This document shows positions 10,420-19,719 of a stretch of DNA of 64,000 nucleotides, one piece after another. Every line of letters starts with the position of its first letter. The stretch's first letter is position 1. This DNA is from an uncultured Chloroflexia bacterium (GTDB lineage Bacteria > Chloroflexota > Limnocylindria > Limnocylindrales > CSP1-4). Both the position numbers and the translations under genes were made by a program. A model generated the notes under the pieces. That model saw only the letters and a list, made by a program, of their open reading frames with translations, was not told where the DNA came from and did not search any database. Location: assembly GCA_963742075.1 (NCBI GenBank), contig CAVUKR010000006.1, positions 138,727-202,726 on the forward strand, given 5' to 3'.

Positions 10420-11562
10420 CTATGGTACCGGTTCGGCGGGGCGTTGCAAGGCCGACCTGAGCGCGAGGCGCATCGCGTCCGCGACCTCTGGTGCCAGCGC
10501 GCCACGCCCTTCGGCGAGCTCGATCTCGCGGCGGGCGGCGGCGCCGTACAGGTCCACGACGTCCGGAGCGTGCGCCTGGAGCGTGGCCAGGTGAGCCTCC
10601 AGCGTACCGAGGTCGCCACGGGTCATCGGTCCCGTCAGGGCGGCGCGGATCCCGAGCGCCCTCGCGTTGCCGAGCGTGCCCTCGATCAGCGGTCCGTAGA
10701 TCGACAGCGAACCCGCCTCATCGAGCCCGGCCACCCGACCCAGCTCGGCGATGGCATCGAGCAGGGCGATGAAGCCGCCGGCGGCGAGGACCGCCGCAGC
10801 GTGATAGGCGGCCTTCGACCCAGGGGCCAGGCGGACGGCTGTCGCCCCGACCGCATCGGCCATGTCGGCCAGCATGCCGGCCAGCTGGTCGTCGGCCTCG
10901 ATCGCCACGGTCGCGCCGTGGAGGTCCGCGACCGCGCGCTCGGTGTCGGCGAAGGCGACCAGCGGATGGAACGCGCCGATCTGGGTGCCGGCGGCCATCG
11001 CCGGGGCCAGGACCTCGGCGCCGAGCGCCCCGCTGGTGTGGATCATCGCCTGGCCGCTGTACATCCGGAGCGAGGCGGCCAGCCGTGCCACGGCGTCGTC
11101 GGGAACGGCCAGCACGATCAGCTCGACCTCGTCGAGGATCGGTTCGGGATCGGCGAAGACGCGGCTGACGTCGACCAGCGACCGGAACCGCTCGCGGCGC
11201 CCCGCATCACGGCTGGCGACGGCGTGGATCGGCCACCCGCCGCGGCTGAGCGCCACCCCGAGGGCAGTCCCGACCGCCCCGGCACCGACGATGCCGATGA
11301 CGGGCGGCTGGCCCGGAGCCGAGTGGCGGTGCGGATGGGGGTGGTCGCCCGGGTGCGTCTCGCCCTCGTGGCTGTGCGAGCCGGGAGGGGGCGGATCGAG
11401 GTCGATCCCGGCCGCCTTCAGGGCAGCCTGCGTCTCAGCGTGTTCGGCCGCCTGCTCGCCCCTCGGGTCGTCGCCGGGCAGTTCGCCCCACGGCTTCAAC
11501 GGGGTGGTCCCGAGGCCGAGACGGGTGATCGGTGGTGCACCCGACGAGTGTAGCGACCGCAT
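10420..11562 (-). CDS. Rossmann-fold NAD(P)-binding protein (DUF2520 / ketopantoate-reductase-like) with a His-rich N-terminal extension
   Basis: VIGIVGAGAVGTALG dinucleotide-binding motif followed by a DUF2520-like C-terminus. The annotated 440-aa ORF would overlap divergent acnA; the internal Met at about 11562 is more plausible. The N-terminus is His-rich (SHSHEGETHPGDHPHPHRHS). Confidence 0.55.
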   Translation of the reverse strand: MRSLHSSGAPPITRLGLGTTPLKPWGELPGDDPRGEQAAEHAETQAALKAAGIDLDPPPPGSHSHEGETHPGDHPHPHRHSAPGQPPVIGIVGAGAVGTALGVALSRGGWPIHAVASRDAGRRERFRSLVDVSRVFADPEPILDEVELIVLAVPDDAVARLAASLRMYSGQAMIHTSGALGAEVLAPAMAAGTQIGAFHPLVAFADTERAVADLHGATVAIEADDQLAGMLADMADAVGATAVRLAPGSKAAYHAAAVLAAGGFIALLDAIAELGRVAGLDEAGSLSIYGPLIEGTLGNARALGIRAALTGPMTRGDLGTLEAHLATLQAHAPDVVDLYGAAARREIELAEGRGALAPEVADAMRLALRSALQRPAEPVP

Positions 11563-11677
11563 CGGGGCGGTCGGGTCGTCCTTGTCTATACTGGTGGGGA
11601 CCTCGACCCGGGGCGGGCGCACCCGCCCGGCGCCGACTGACCCCGCGCACACGCGCGGCCGATGAAGGAGGCGCGTC

Positions 11678-14428
11678 ATGACATCCCGGCCATCGATCCC
11701 CGATCCCTTCGGCGCGCGCGCGTCGATGCGGGTCGGCGACACGGACCACGGGTACTACCGGCTCGAGGCGGTGGCCGACCGGATCGACCTGGCGACCCTC
11801 CCGGTCACGGTCAAGATCCTGCTCGAGAACGTCCTGCGACACGGCGGCGGCGGGGTCGTCCGCCGCGAGGACGTCGAAACGCTCCTGGCCTGGCGACCGG
11901 GCGCGGCGGCCGAGGCGGAGATCCCGTTCATGCCAGCGCGGGTCCTCCTCCAGGACTTCACCGGTGTCCCCGCGGTCGTCGACCTCGCGGTCATGCGCGA
12001 CGCCATGGCCGATCTCGGCGGCGACCCGGCGAAGGTCAACCCGCTCGTCCCGGCCGACCTCGTCATCGACCATTCGGTCCAGATCGACCGGTTCGGCACG
12101 CCGGGCGCGTTCGCCTTCAACGTCGAGCGCGAGTACGACCGCAACGGCGAGCGATACCAGCTCCTGCGCTGGGCCCAGACCGCCTTCCGCGACCTGCGCG
12201 TGGTCCCACCGGGGACCGGGATCATCCACCAGGTCAACCTCGAGTTCCTGGCCACCGTCGTGACGGACCGCGACGACGGCGAGGGCGGCCGGGTCGCCTT
12301 CCCCGACACGCTCGTCGGCACCGATTCGCACACGACGATGGTGAACGGCCTCGGCGTCCTCGGCTACGGGGTCGGCGGCATCGAGGCCGAGGCCGTCCTG
12401 CTCGGGCAGCCGCTCTACCAGCCGATGCCGCACGTCGTCGGCGTCCGGCTCCACGGGGCACTGCCGCGCGGCTCGACCGCGACCGACCTCGTCCTGGTGG
12501 TCACCGAGATGCTGCGGGCGCACGGCGTGGTCGGGTCGTTCGTGGAGTTCGCCGGCGACGGGCTGGCCACCCTCGCGCTCGCCGACCGGACGACGATCAG
12601 CAACATGAGCCCGGAGTTCGGGGCGACGGCCACCCTCTTCCCGATCGACGACGAGACGCTCACCTACCTGCGCCTGACCGGCCGGTCGCCGGAGCGGATC
12701 GAGCTCGTCGAACGCTACGCGAAGGCCCAGGGCCTGTGGCGCCTGCCGGGCGACGGCCCGGTCTTCGACGAGCTGCTCGAGCTCGACCTCGCGAGCGTCG
12801 AGCCGTCGGTAGCGGGGCCGCGCCGGCCGCAGGACCGGGTCGAGCTGCCCGGGCTGCCGGCGAATTTCCGAAAAGCCTTCCCGGCCACGTCGCCATCGGC
12901 GGCGGCCAGGGAGGACCTCGGTCGGCTGACCGACGAGGGCGGCACGACCGGCGCCACCGACAACGGCAGCGTGGCTATCGAGATCGGAGGGTCGGGCGCG
13001 ATCGTGCGGCACGGCTCCGTGGCGATCGCCGCCATCACGTCGTGCACCAACACGTCGAACCCGACGGTCATGGTCGGGGCCGGTCTGCTGGCCCGCAACG
13101 CGGTCGCCCGCGGCCTGCGGGTCGGTCCGACGGTCAAGACCTCGCTGGCGCCGGGCTCCCGGGCGGTGACCGGCTATCTCGAGGCTGCGGGCCTGATGGC
13201 GCCGCTCGAGACGCTGGGCTTCGCGCTGGCCGGCTATGGCTGCACGACCTGCATCGGCAATTCCGGTCCGCTCGACGAGGCCGTCGCGGCCGCGATCGAG
13301 GCGAACGACCTCGTGGTGGCCGCCGTCCTGTCGGGCAACCGCAACTTCGAGGGTCGTATCCATCCTCTGGCGCGTGCGAGCTATCTCGCGTCCCCGCCGC
13401 TGGTCGTGGCGTTCGCGCTCGCCGGCCGGGTCGACATCGACCTCACCATCGAGCCGCTCGGCGTCGGCTCCGACGGGCACGCGGTCTTCCTCGCCGATAT
13501 CTGGCCGGAACCGGACGAGATCCGCGCGGTGATCGCCCAGAGCATCGACCCCGAGCTGTTCCGGCGAACCTACGCCACCGTGTTCGAAGGCGACGATCGC
13601 TGGCGCGCCCTGCCGATCCCGTCGGGCGACCGATATGCCTGGGACGCCGGCTCGACGTACATCGCGAAGCCGCCGTTCTTCGACGGCCTGGGCCCGACGC
13701 CCGACCCGGTCGGCGACATCGCTGGCCTGCGCGTCCTCGCGGTTCTCGGCGACTCGGTCACCACCGACCATATCTCACCGGCCGGCTCGATCGCGCCGTG
13801 GTCGCCGGCCGGCCAGTGGCTCCAGTCCCACGGCGTCGGACCGCTCGATTTCAACTCCTATGGCGCCCGGCGCGGGCATCACGAGGTCATGATGCGCGGG
13901 ACGTTCGGCAACATCCGGCTGCGGAACCGGCTGGTCGAGGGCAAGGAGGGGCCGTACACGATCCACCTCCCCGACGGCGAGGAGGGGTTCATCTTCGACG
14001 TGGCGATGCGCTACGGCGCCGACGGCGTCCCGCTGGCGATCATCGCCGGCAGGGAGTACGGCTCAGGCTCGTCGCGCGACTGGGCGGCCAAGGGCCCGGC
14101 ACTGCTGGGCGTCCGGGTCGTGATCGCCGAGAGCTTCGAGCGGATCCACCGATCGAACCTCGTCGGCATGGGGATCCTGCCGCTCCAGTTCCGTGCCGGC
14201 GAGAGCGCGGCGTCGCTCGGCCTGACCGGTCGCGAGACACTGTCGGTCAGCGGGCTCGCCGGCGGGCCGGCGCCCCGCCAGGACGTGACCGTCACCGCCC
14301 TGTCCGATGACGGGACGGAGCGACGGTTCCCGGCGATCGCGCGGCTCGACGGACCGATCGACGTCGAGTACTACCGAGCCGGCGGGATCCTGCCGGCGGT
14401 CCTCCGCCGGCTCGCGCGCGGGGCCTGA
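11678..14428 (+). CDS. acnA: Aconitate hydratase A
   Basis: Intact 916-aa ORF. Aconitase family motifs are present (DSHTTM, the SCTNTSN and CTTCIGN cluster cysteines, swivel domain). Confidence 0.95.
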   Translation: MTSRPSIPDPFGARASMRVGDTDHGYYRLEAVADRIDLATLPVTVKILLENVLRHGGGGVVRREDVETLLAWRPGAAAEAEIPFMPARVLLQDFTGVPAVVDLAVMRDAMADLGGDPAKVNPLVPADLVIDHSVQIDRFGTPGAFAFNVEREYDRNGERYQLLRWAQTAFRDLRVVPPGTGIIHQVNLEFLATVVTDRDDGEGGRVAFPDTLVGTDSHTTMVNGLGVLGYGVGGIEAEAVLLGQPLYQPMPHVVGVRLHGALPRGSTATDLVLVVTEMLRAHGVVGSFVEFAGDGLATLALADRTTISNMSPEFGATATLFPIDDETLTYLRLTGRSPERIELVERYAKAQGLWRLPGDGPVFDELLELDLASVEPSVAGPRRPQDRVELPGLPANFRKAFPATSPSAAAREDLGRLTDEGGTTGATDNGSVAIEIGGSGAIVRHGSVAIAAITSCTNTSNPTVMVGAGLLARNAVARGLRVGPTVKTSLAPGSRAVTGYLEAAGLMAPLETLGFALAGYGCTTCIGNSGPLDEAVAAAIEANDLVVAAVLSGNRNFEGRIHPLARASYLASPPLVVAFALAGRVDIDLTIEPLGVGSDGHAVFLADIWPEPDEIRAVIAQSIDPELFRRTYATVFEGDDRWRALPIPSGDRYAWDAGSTYIAKPPFFDGLGPTPDPVGDIAGLRVLAVLGDSVTTDHISPAGSIAPWSPAGQWLQSHGVGPLDFNSYGARRGHHEVMMRGTFGNIRLRNRLVEGKEGPYTIHLPDGEEGFIFDVAMRYGADGVPLAIIAGREYGSGSSRDWAAKGPALLGVRVVIAESFERIHRSNLVGMGILPLQFRAGESAASLGLTGRETLSVSGLAGGPAPRQDVTVTALSDDGTERRFPAIARLDGPIDVEYYRAGGILPAVLRRLARGA

Positions 14429-14467
14429 GTCACCCGCCGGCAGGCACCCGCCGGCCCCGGACACGAA

Positions 14468-14497
14468 GAAGCCCTCGGGGGAGGAACCGAGGGCTTC
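14468..14497. terminator. Putative bidirectional intrinsic terminator hairpin between convergent acnA and the K+ channel gene
   Basis: Perfect 11-bp inverted repeat GAAGCCCTCGG-gggaggaa-CCGAGGGCTTC, 40 nt after the acnA stop. Confidence 0.45.
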
Positions 14498-14580
14498 CGC
14501 GCGGAGGAGCAGGCTGTTCTTGGCTCCTGTGACGCGCGGTCGGTCGCGAGCGTGACGCCGGCGCGTTGCCGATCCCGGGA

Positions 14581-15282
14581 TCAGTCGTGCGGCTCGTTCC
14601 GACGCATCGTGCGGCCGACGTTCCCGACCAGGAGAGCCACCGCGGACACGAGGTACAGCTGGCCGACGAGCCCTTCCGACACGGCGACCATCCGGCCGAC
14701 ACTGGTTGCCGCCGTGAAGTCTCCGTAGCCGATGGTCGCCAGTGTCGTGTAGCTGAAGTAGATGTAGTCCGGCGCCCCCGGGCTGGCGGTCTGTACGAAG
14801 AACGGCGTGTGGGTCAGCGTCGCGAGGAGCGGGAACAGATAGGCGTAGGCCAGCCCGAGCAGGAGGTAGATCGCGAGCCCCCCGAGCACGAGCCGGACCG
14901 TGATGGTCGGGCTGACGATGATCCGCCGCAGGATGACGAGGGGCGCAACCACGGCCAGCAGGAGGCCGACGAGGCCCGCCGTCGAAGTGGTTGCCTCGCC
15001 GCCGAGCAACGTCGCCGACGCTGCACTCAGGACGGCCAGCCCGACCACCACGGCGGAGGCGCGGAATGTGCGCCGATTGGCCCCCGCGGTATGCAGGACG
15101 AACAACAGCGTGCCGCCGCTGAGCGCCACGCTGACGAGCTGGCCCACGGGGCCATCCGCCGCAGCGAAGACGATGACGGTCAGCAGCACCATGACCAGGA
15201 CCACACCGAAGTCGTCCTTCCGGGCGAGCGCCGCCCGCACCTGGCGGCGGCGCGTCTCTCCGGGCTGGCGAACGGGCATCAT
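14581..15282 (-). CDS. Potassium channel family protein (pore-loop ion transport protein)
   Basis: Multiple TM helices and the K+ selectivity filter TLATIGYGD. Confidence 0.8.
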   Translation of the reverse strand: MMPVRQPGETRRRQVRAALARKDDFGVVLVMVLLTVIVFAAADGPVGQLVSVALSGGTLLFVLHTAGANRRTFRASAVVVGLAVLSAASATLLGGEATTSTAGLVGLLLAVVAPLVILRRIIVSPTITVRLVLGGLAIYLLLGLAYAYLFPLLATLTHTPFFVQTASPGAPDYIYFSYTTLATIGYGDFTAATSVGRMVAVSEGLVGQLYLVSAVALLVGNVGRTMRRNEPHD

Positions 15283-15374
15283 CGTCCGCGGATGGTACCG
15301 GACGGATCGGGGCCTCGATGCTCAGGCGACGGCATCGGGCCCGTGGCGACACCGGCTGACGGTACAGTGTCGCG

Positions 15375-15938
15375 ATGACGACCTCCCTCCTCGGCGACGC
15401 CTTCGCCCATCATCTCTGGGCGACCGAGCGCCTGATCGATGCCTGTGCCGAGCTCACGCCGGAGCAGCTGGAGACGCCGGCTCCCGGCACGTTCGGCTCG
15501 ATCATCGACACGCTGCGGCATCTCGTCGCCGCCGACAGCTGGTACCTGTCCTTCTTCGCCAGCGGGATCGCGGTCCTCGATGAGGAGGCGGAGACCAGCC
15601 TCGCCGAGCTGCGGTCGCTGATGACGAGCACCGGGACGCGATGGAAGGCCCTCCTGGCCGGCGAGCTCGACCCCGACGCCGACGTCGTCGAGCTGGGGGA
15701 CGGCTGGGAGTTCCATGCACCGATCGGTGTCCGCCTCGCGCAGGTCACCCATCACGGCACCGACCACCGCAGCCAGGTCTGTACCGCCCTGTCGAGCCTC
15801 GGCCACACGCCACCCGAGATCGACGTCTGGGCCTACGCCGAGACGACCGGCCGCTCGCGGGGGTCACCGCGCCGGCTCCCTAGCGCGTCCAGCTCGTCCA
15901 GGATGCGGGCCATGTGCTTCAGGTGCGCCCGCTCGTGA
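15375..15938 (+). CDS. DinB/YfiT-like (DinB_2) metal-dependent protein
   Basis: N-terminal HHLWATERLIDAC...TLRHLV pattern of the DinB_2 superfamily. The C-terminal tail probably reads through into the convergent gene. Confidence 0.6.
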   Translation: MTTSLLGDAFAHHLWATERLIDACAELTPEQLETPAPGTFGSIIDTLRHLVAADSWYLSFFASGIAVLDEEAETSLAELRSLMTSTGTRWKALLAGELDPDADVVELGDGWEFHAPIGVRLAQVTHHGTDHRSQVCTALSSLGHTPPEIDVWAYAETTGRSRGSPRRLPSASSSSRMRAMCFRCARS

Positions 15939-16381
15939 CCGGCCATCCAGTCCCCGTAGTAGCGCGTGCTGTACTCGTACACCGCGCCAGGTGGCACGGT
16001 CACCGTCGCCGTGCGCTGCCAGACCTCCGGCGGCAGGGTTTCGAGGACCTCGAGCAGCCCGGCGCGCTGCGCGCGGAACGCCTCGAACGCAGGAGCGAAC
16101 TCCCATTCGAAGTAATCGGTCTTCTTCTGCCATGCCCGCGGGCTGATCCCCTTCCACGCCGGGTGGTCCTCCCGGACGATCCGCAGCATGTTGCCGCCGA
16201 GGACGTCGTGGCAGGCGCGCAGGTGGGCGAGCTGGTCGTTCACCGACCAGCCGTGGTCGGTCACGGTGTACAGCCATTCGTGCGGGACACCCATGGTCAG
16301 GGCGTCGAGTCGCGGCACGGTCGAGGTCAGGATCCCCACGATCTCGTCGATCGCGAGCTCGCGGCTTGCCATGCCACGCAT
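15833..16381 (-). CDS. DinB family protein (second copy)
   Basis: 182-aa portion starting MRGMASRELAIDEIVG with DinB-like His motifs (LAHLRACHDV, GHERAHLKHM). The annotated 290-aa ORF N-terminus is spurious because it is the translation of the tRNA-Val. Confidence 0.7.
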   Translation of the reverse strand: MRGMASRELAIDEIVGILTSTVPRLDALTMGVPHEWLYTVTDHGWSVNDQLAHLRACHDVLGGNMLRIVREDHPAWKGISPRAWQKKTDYFEWEFAPAFEAFRAQRAGLLEVLETLPPEVWQRTATVTVPPGAVYEYSTRYYGDWMAGHERAHLKHMARILDELDALGSRRGDPRERPVVSA

Positions 16382-16467
16382 GGTACCGAGTGCGCCCGAC
16401 GATCCCTCGGATCGGTCGGCGTCATCCGGAGGTCGCCCTCCGGCTCGGCGGTTTGGCGGGGGCAGGG

Positions 16468-16544
16468 TGGTGGGCGATACTGGATTCGAACCAGTGACCT
16501 CGCGGATGTGAACCGCGCGCTCTAACCGACTGAGCCAATCGCCC
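16468..16544 (-). tRNA. tRNA-Val (anticodon CAC)
   Basis: Reverse complement GGGCGATTGGCTCAGTCGGTTAGAGCGCGCGGTTCACATCCGCGAGGTCACTGGTTCGAATCCAGTATCGCCCACCA folds as a cloverleaf: 7-bp acceptor stem, GTTCGAATC T-loop, anticodon loop TTCACAT, encoded CCA. Confidence 0.9.
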
Positions 16545-16589
16545 GAGGAGGTCGCGGCACCGCACCGGGCGCCGGACGAGACCGGCCGA

Positions 16590-16871
16590 TCATACCCGTA
16601 GGCCGGGCCACCGGGCAACGATCGCCTCGGGATCGACGCCGTCGATGATGACCAGCTTCTGCCGGCTGCTCCCCCCGGCCACGATCCGCACATCGCGCCG
16701 AGCAACCCCGAGCTCGTCGGCGAGGAGCCGGATGAGGGCAGCGTTCGCGGCCCCTTCGACGGCCGGCGCCATCACCCGGACCTTCAGGACGCCGTCGACG
16801 ACGTCCTCGACGCGTTCGACCGCGGACCGCGGCGTGATGCGGACGGCGAAGCGGGCGGTGGGGAAGCTCAA
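16590..16871 (-). CDS. DUF167 (YggU-like) protein
   Basis: 93 aa with the VRVMAP...GGSSRQKLV pattern of the DUF167 family, downstream of yggS. Confidence 0.65.
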   Translation of the reverse strand: MSFPTARFAVRITPRSAVERVEDVVDGVLKVRVMAPAVEGAANAALIRLLADELGVARRDVRIVAGGSSRQKLVIIDGVDPEAIVARWPGLRV

Positions 16872-16999
16872 GACCTCGGAAGGCGCGCCATGAGGGCGTC
16901 ATGAACGAATGGCATCGACCCGAGTCTACCAGCCGGGTGGATCCATGCCTCCCGACGCCGCGCCAGCCCGTCTTCGGGGGCCCGGTCAGTGGCGCTCGG

Positions 17000-17707
17000 T
17001 CAGTGGCGCTCGCCGAACAGGGCGCGGCCGACCCGGATGATCGTGGCGCCCTCTTCGATCGCAAGCTCGAAGTCGTCGCTCATCCCCATCGACAGGTCGG
17101 GGCCGAGTCCCGGCCAACGGTCGCGGCTCCGGTCGGACAGCTCGCGCAGCCCGCGGAACGTCCCTCGCGCCTCGGCCGGATCCGAGGTCAGCCGCCCGAC
17201 CGTCATGAGGCCCCGAACGTCCAGGTGCGGGAGCGCCAGCAGCTCGCCGAGGGTCGCGTCGAGCGCATCAGCCCCGAACCCGGCCTTCGCCGGGTCGCCA
17301 TCGACGTTGACCTCGAGCAGGACCGGATAGCGACCCCCAGGCCGAACCTCGGGCACGAGCCGGTCGAGCCGCCGTGCGAGGGCCACGGAGTCCACCGTCT
17401 GGATCGATTCGAAGACCTCGAGGGCCCGGCGAGCCTTGTTCGACTGGAGCGGACCGATGAGCTGCCAGCGAGCGCCGGGGACCTCCGGCGCCTTGGCCAC
17501 GCCCTCCTGGACGCGGTTCTCGCCGAGGAGATCGAGCCCGGAAGCGAGCGCATCGCGCAACGCGTCGGCCCCGATGGTCTTGGAGACCGCCACCAGCGTC
17601 ACTCCGTCAGGCACCCGTCCCACGCGCGCGCAGGCCTCGGCGATCCGGGTGAGGACCCGCTCGCGGGCCGTGCGATACGCCTCGAGGCGCGACGGCCCGT
17701 CGGTCAT
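17000..17707 (-). CDS. yggS: YggS-family pyridoxal-phosphate homeostasis protein
   Basis: 235-aa C-terminal part of ORF 17000..18034 starting MTDGPSRLEAY, with LVAVSKT (PLP-binding lysine) and MGMSDDFELAIEEGATIIRVG. The upstream part of the ORF overlaps ftsZ and is spurious. Confidence 0.85.
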   Translation of the reverse strand: MTDGPSRLEAYRTARERVLTRIAEACARVGRVPDGVTLVAVSKTIGADALRDALASGLDLLGENRVQEGVAKAPEVPGARWQLIGPLQSNKARRALEVFESIQTVDSVALARRLDRLVPEVRPGGRYPVLLEVNVDGDPAKAGFGADALDATLGELLALPHLDVRGLMTVGRLTSDPAEARGTFRGLRELSDRSRDRWPGLGPDLSMGMSDDFELAIEEGATIIRVGRALFGERH

Positions 17708-17735
17708 GCGCGGACGGCCGGCACGCCGGCCGGGA

Positions 17736-18977
17736 TCATTTCCGTCGAAGGAAGCTCGGGATCTCCAGGTCGTCCGCGTCGTAGGTCGTCGACCGCTTGG
17801 CGGGAGCCGTCTCGCCCACGGAGCGCTCGACCCGTGGGGCGGCGACCACGGCGGCCGCCTGGTCGTCGAGCGGCGACGGGGCGGAGGACGGGTATGAGCC
17901 GCCGTCCGCGACCTCTTCGCGCTGGCGCTGGAGCTCCTCGAGGAAGTCGCGCTCGCGCGACGGTCGCGCGGTGGCGCTCGAGTCCATGACCGCGGTCGCC
18001 TCGTGGCGGTTGGCGTGACGCTTCTTGCCGCCATCGAAGCCCGTCGCGATGACGGTGATCATGACCTCGTCGCCGAGCCGCTCGTTGAAGCTCGTCCCGA
18101 AGATGATGTTGGCCTCTGGATCGGCGGCGGCGCGGATCTCCTCGGCGGCCTCGGTCACCTCGTAGAGGCTGAGGCTCGACGAACCGGTGATGTTGAACAG
18201 GATGCCCTGTGCGCCGGCGATGTCGACCTCGAGCAGCGGGCTCGCGATGGCCTGCCGAGCCGCCTCCACGGCGCGGTTCTCACCCGACGCGCGACCAATG
18301 CCCATCAGGGCGGAGCCCGCGTCGCGCATGATCGCGCGGACGTCGGCGAAATCGAGGTTGATCAGTCCGGGCATCGTGATGATGTCGCTGATCCCCTGGA
18401 CGCCCTGGCGCAGCACGTCGTCGACGACCCGGAATGCGTCGAGGATGCTGGTGTTCTTCTGGACGACATCCTTGAGCCGGTCGTTCGGGATGGTGATGAG
18501 GGTGTCGACCTGTGACTTGAGCTCCTCGGCGGCCTTCTCGGCGACGAGCTTGCGCTTGGCGCCCTCGAACGAGAAGGGCTTGGTCACGACACCGATCGTC
18601 AGCGCGCCGGTCTCCTTCGCGATCTGAGCGACGACCGGGGCCGCGCCCGAGCCGGTCCCGCCGCCGAGCCCGGCTGTGATGAAGACCATGTCCGAGTCGA
18701 CCAGTGCCGCGCTGATCTTCTCCGAGTCCTCTTCCGCTGCCCGCTGGCCGATCGTCGAATCGCCACCCGCGCCGAGACCCCGGGTGATCTTGTCGCCGAT
18801 CCGGATCTTGTGCGGGGCGTCTGCCTGGAGGAGCGCCTGGGCGTCCGTGTTCAGGGCGATGAACTCGACCCCCATCATCTCCGCGCGGATCATCCGGTTG
18901 ACCGCGTTGCTCCCTCCCCCGCCGACCCCGATGACGCGGATCAGCGCGAAGTTCTCGGAATCGGAACGCAACGGCAT
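17736..18977 (-). CDS. ftsZ: Cell division GTPase FtsZ
   Basis: Intact 413 aa with GGGTGSG and the conserved C-terminal [12 protein letters not shown]. Confidence 0.95.
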   Translation of the reverse strand: MPLRSDSENFALIRVIGVGGGGSNAVNRMIRAEMMGVEFIALNTDAQALLQADAPHKIRIGDKITRGLGAGGDSTIGQRAAEEDSEKISAALVDSDMVFITAGLGGGTGSGAAPVVAQIAKETGALTIGVVTKPFSFEGAKRKLVAEKAAEELKSQVDTLITIPNDRLKDVVQKNTSILDAFRVVDDVLRQGVQGISDIITMPGLINLDFADVRAIMRDAGSALMGIGRASGENRAVEAARQAIASPLLEVDIAGAQGILFNITGSSSLSLYEVTEAAEEIRAAADPEANIIFGTSFNERLGDEVMITVIATGFDGGKKRHANRHEATAVMDSSATARPSRERDFLEELQRQREEVADGGSYPSSAPSPLDDQAAAVVAAPRVERSVGETAPAKRSTTYDADDLEIPSFLRRK

Positions 18978-19197
18978 CGGGCTCTCCTCAGCGACCCACG
19001 TGGGGATTCTGCGCGACGGTGGCTCGTCTGGACCCGGGTGGCCTTTCCCGGTGCTGAGCGGGTCCGTTGGGTTGGCGGGAGTATACCGCCGGACGGGACC
19101 AGGTGGGCGGCCGAACGTCGCGCTTCGGCCCCATTTCGGGCGGTCTCAGTGGTGCTTTTGTGCACCACGGACAACCCGTCGCTGGCCGCCCCGGGCG

Positions 19198-19719
19198 TCA
19201 GCCTGGAAGCCAGGCGAGGCGCACGGTCCGGATCTCGTTGTCGGCGTTGGGGTCGATGAGGCAGATCGACTGCCATGTCCCGAGTCCGAGCCGGCCGGCG
19301 ATGACGGGGACGGTCAGCGAGGGCGGCGCGAGGAGCGGCAGGACGTGATCGGCGCCGTGGCCGGCCGACCCGTGGCGGTGGCGGTACAGGCCGTCGTCGC
19401 GTGGCAGGAGGCGATCGAGGGCGGCCAGCAGGTCCTCGTCGGAGCCGGCCCCGATCTCGACGACGACGAGGCCGGCCGTCGCGTGCGGCACGAAGACGGA
19501 CAGGAGGCCGTCCCCGCCGTCGGAGGCTACGGCGGCGAACCGCGCGCAGTCACCGGTCAGGTCGACGAGTCCGCGACCGCGACCGGTCCGGATCGTCAGC
19601 TCGCGCGTCTCTACGGGAAGATGTTCCGGATGGCGTCGCGGAGCCGGCCGATCCCGCCGCCCGCCGGCGCCGATTCGTAGCGGTTCGGCTCGCCGACGAC
19701 GAGCGCCGCGGCGCCCCAC
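19198..19719 (-). CDS. yjbQ: YjbQ/UPF0047 family protein (secondary thiamine-phosphate synthase-like)
   Basis: ELTIRTGRGRGLVDLTGD...HATAGLVVVE...GTWQSICLIDPN matches the YjbQ family. The homologous region starts at about 19614; the first 35 codons of the ORF overlap the ftsA 3' end and may not be translated. Confidence 0.65.
   Translation of the reverse strand: MGRRGARRRRAEPLRIGAGGRRDRPAPRRHPEHLPVETRELTIRTGRGRGLVDLTGDCARFAAVASDGGDGLLSVFVPHATAGLVVVEIGAGSDEDLLAALDRLLPRDDGLYRHRHGSAGHGADHVLPLLAPPSLTVPVIAGRLGLGTWQSICLIDPNADNEIRTVRLAWLPG

Noticed and set aside
10160-10420. Expected glycine riboswitch upstream of the gcv/NUDIX operon
   Set aside because: I inspected the minus strand by eye for the conserved GGAGAG / CCGAAGG / CTCTGGAGAG elements and did not find them. 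A covariance-model search is needed to be certain.
15833-16705. N-terminal 108 aa of the 290-aa ORF
   Set aside because: It translates the tRNA-Val gene (peptide ...LERAVHIREVTGSNPVSPT... is the tRNA read as protein). Only the C-terminal 182 aa (the DinB domain) are kept.
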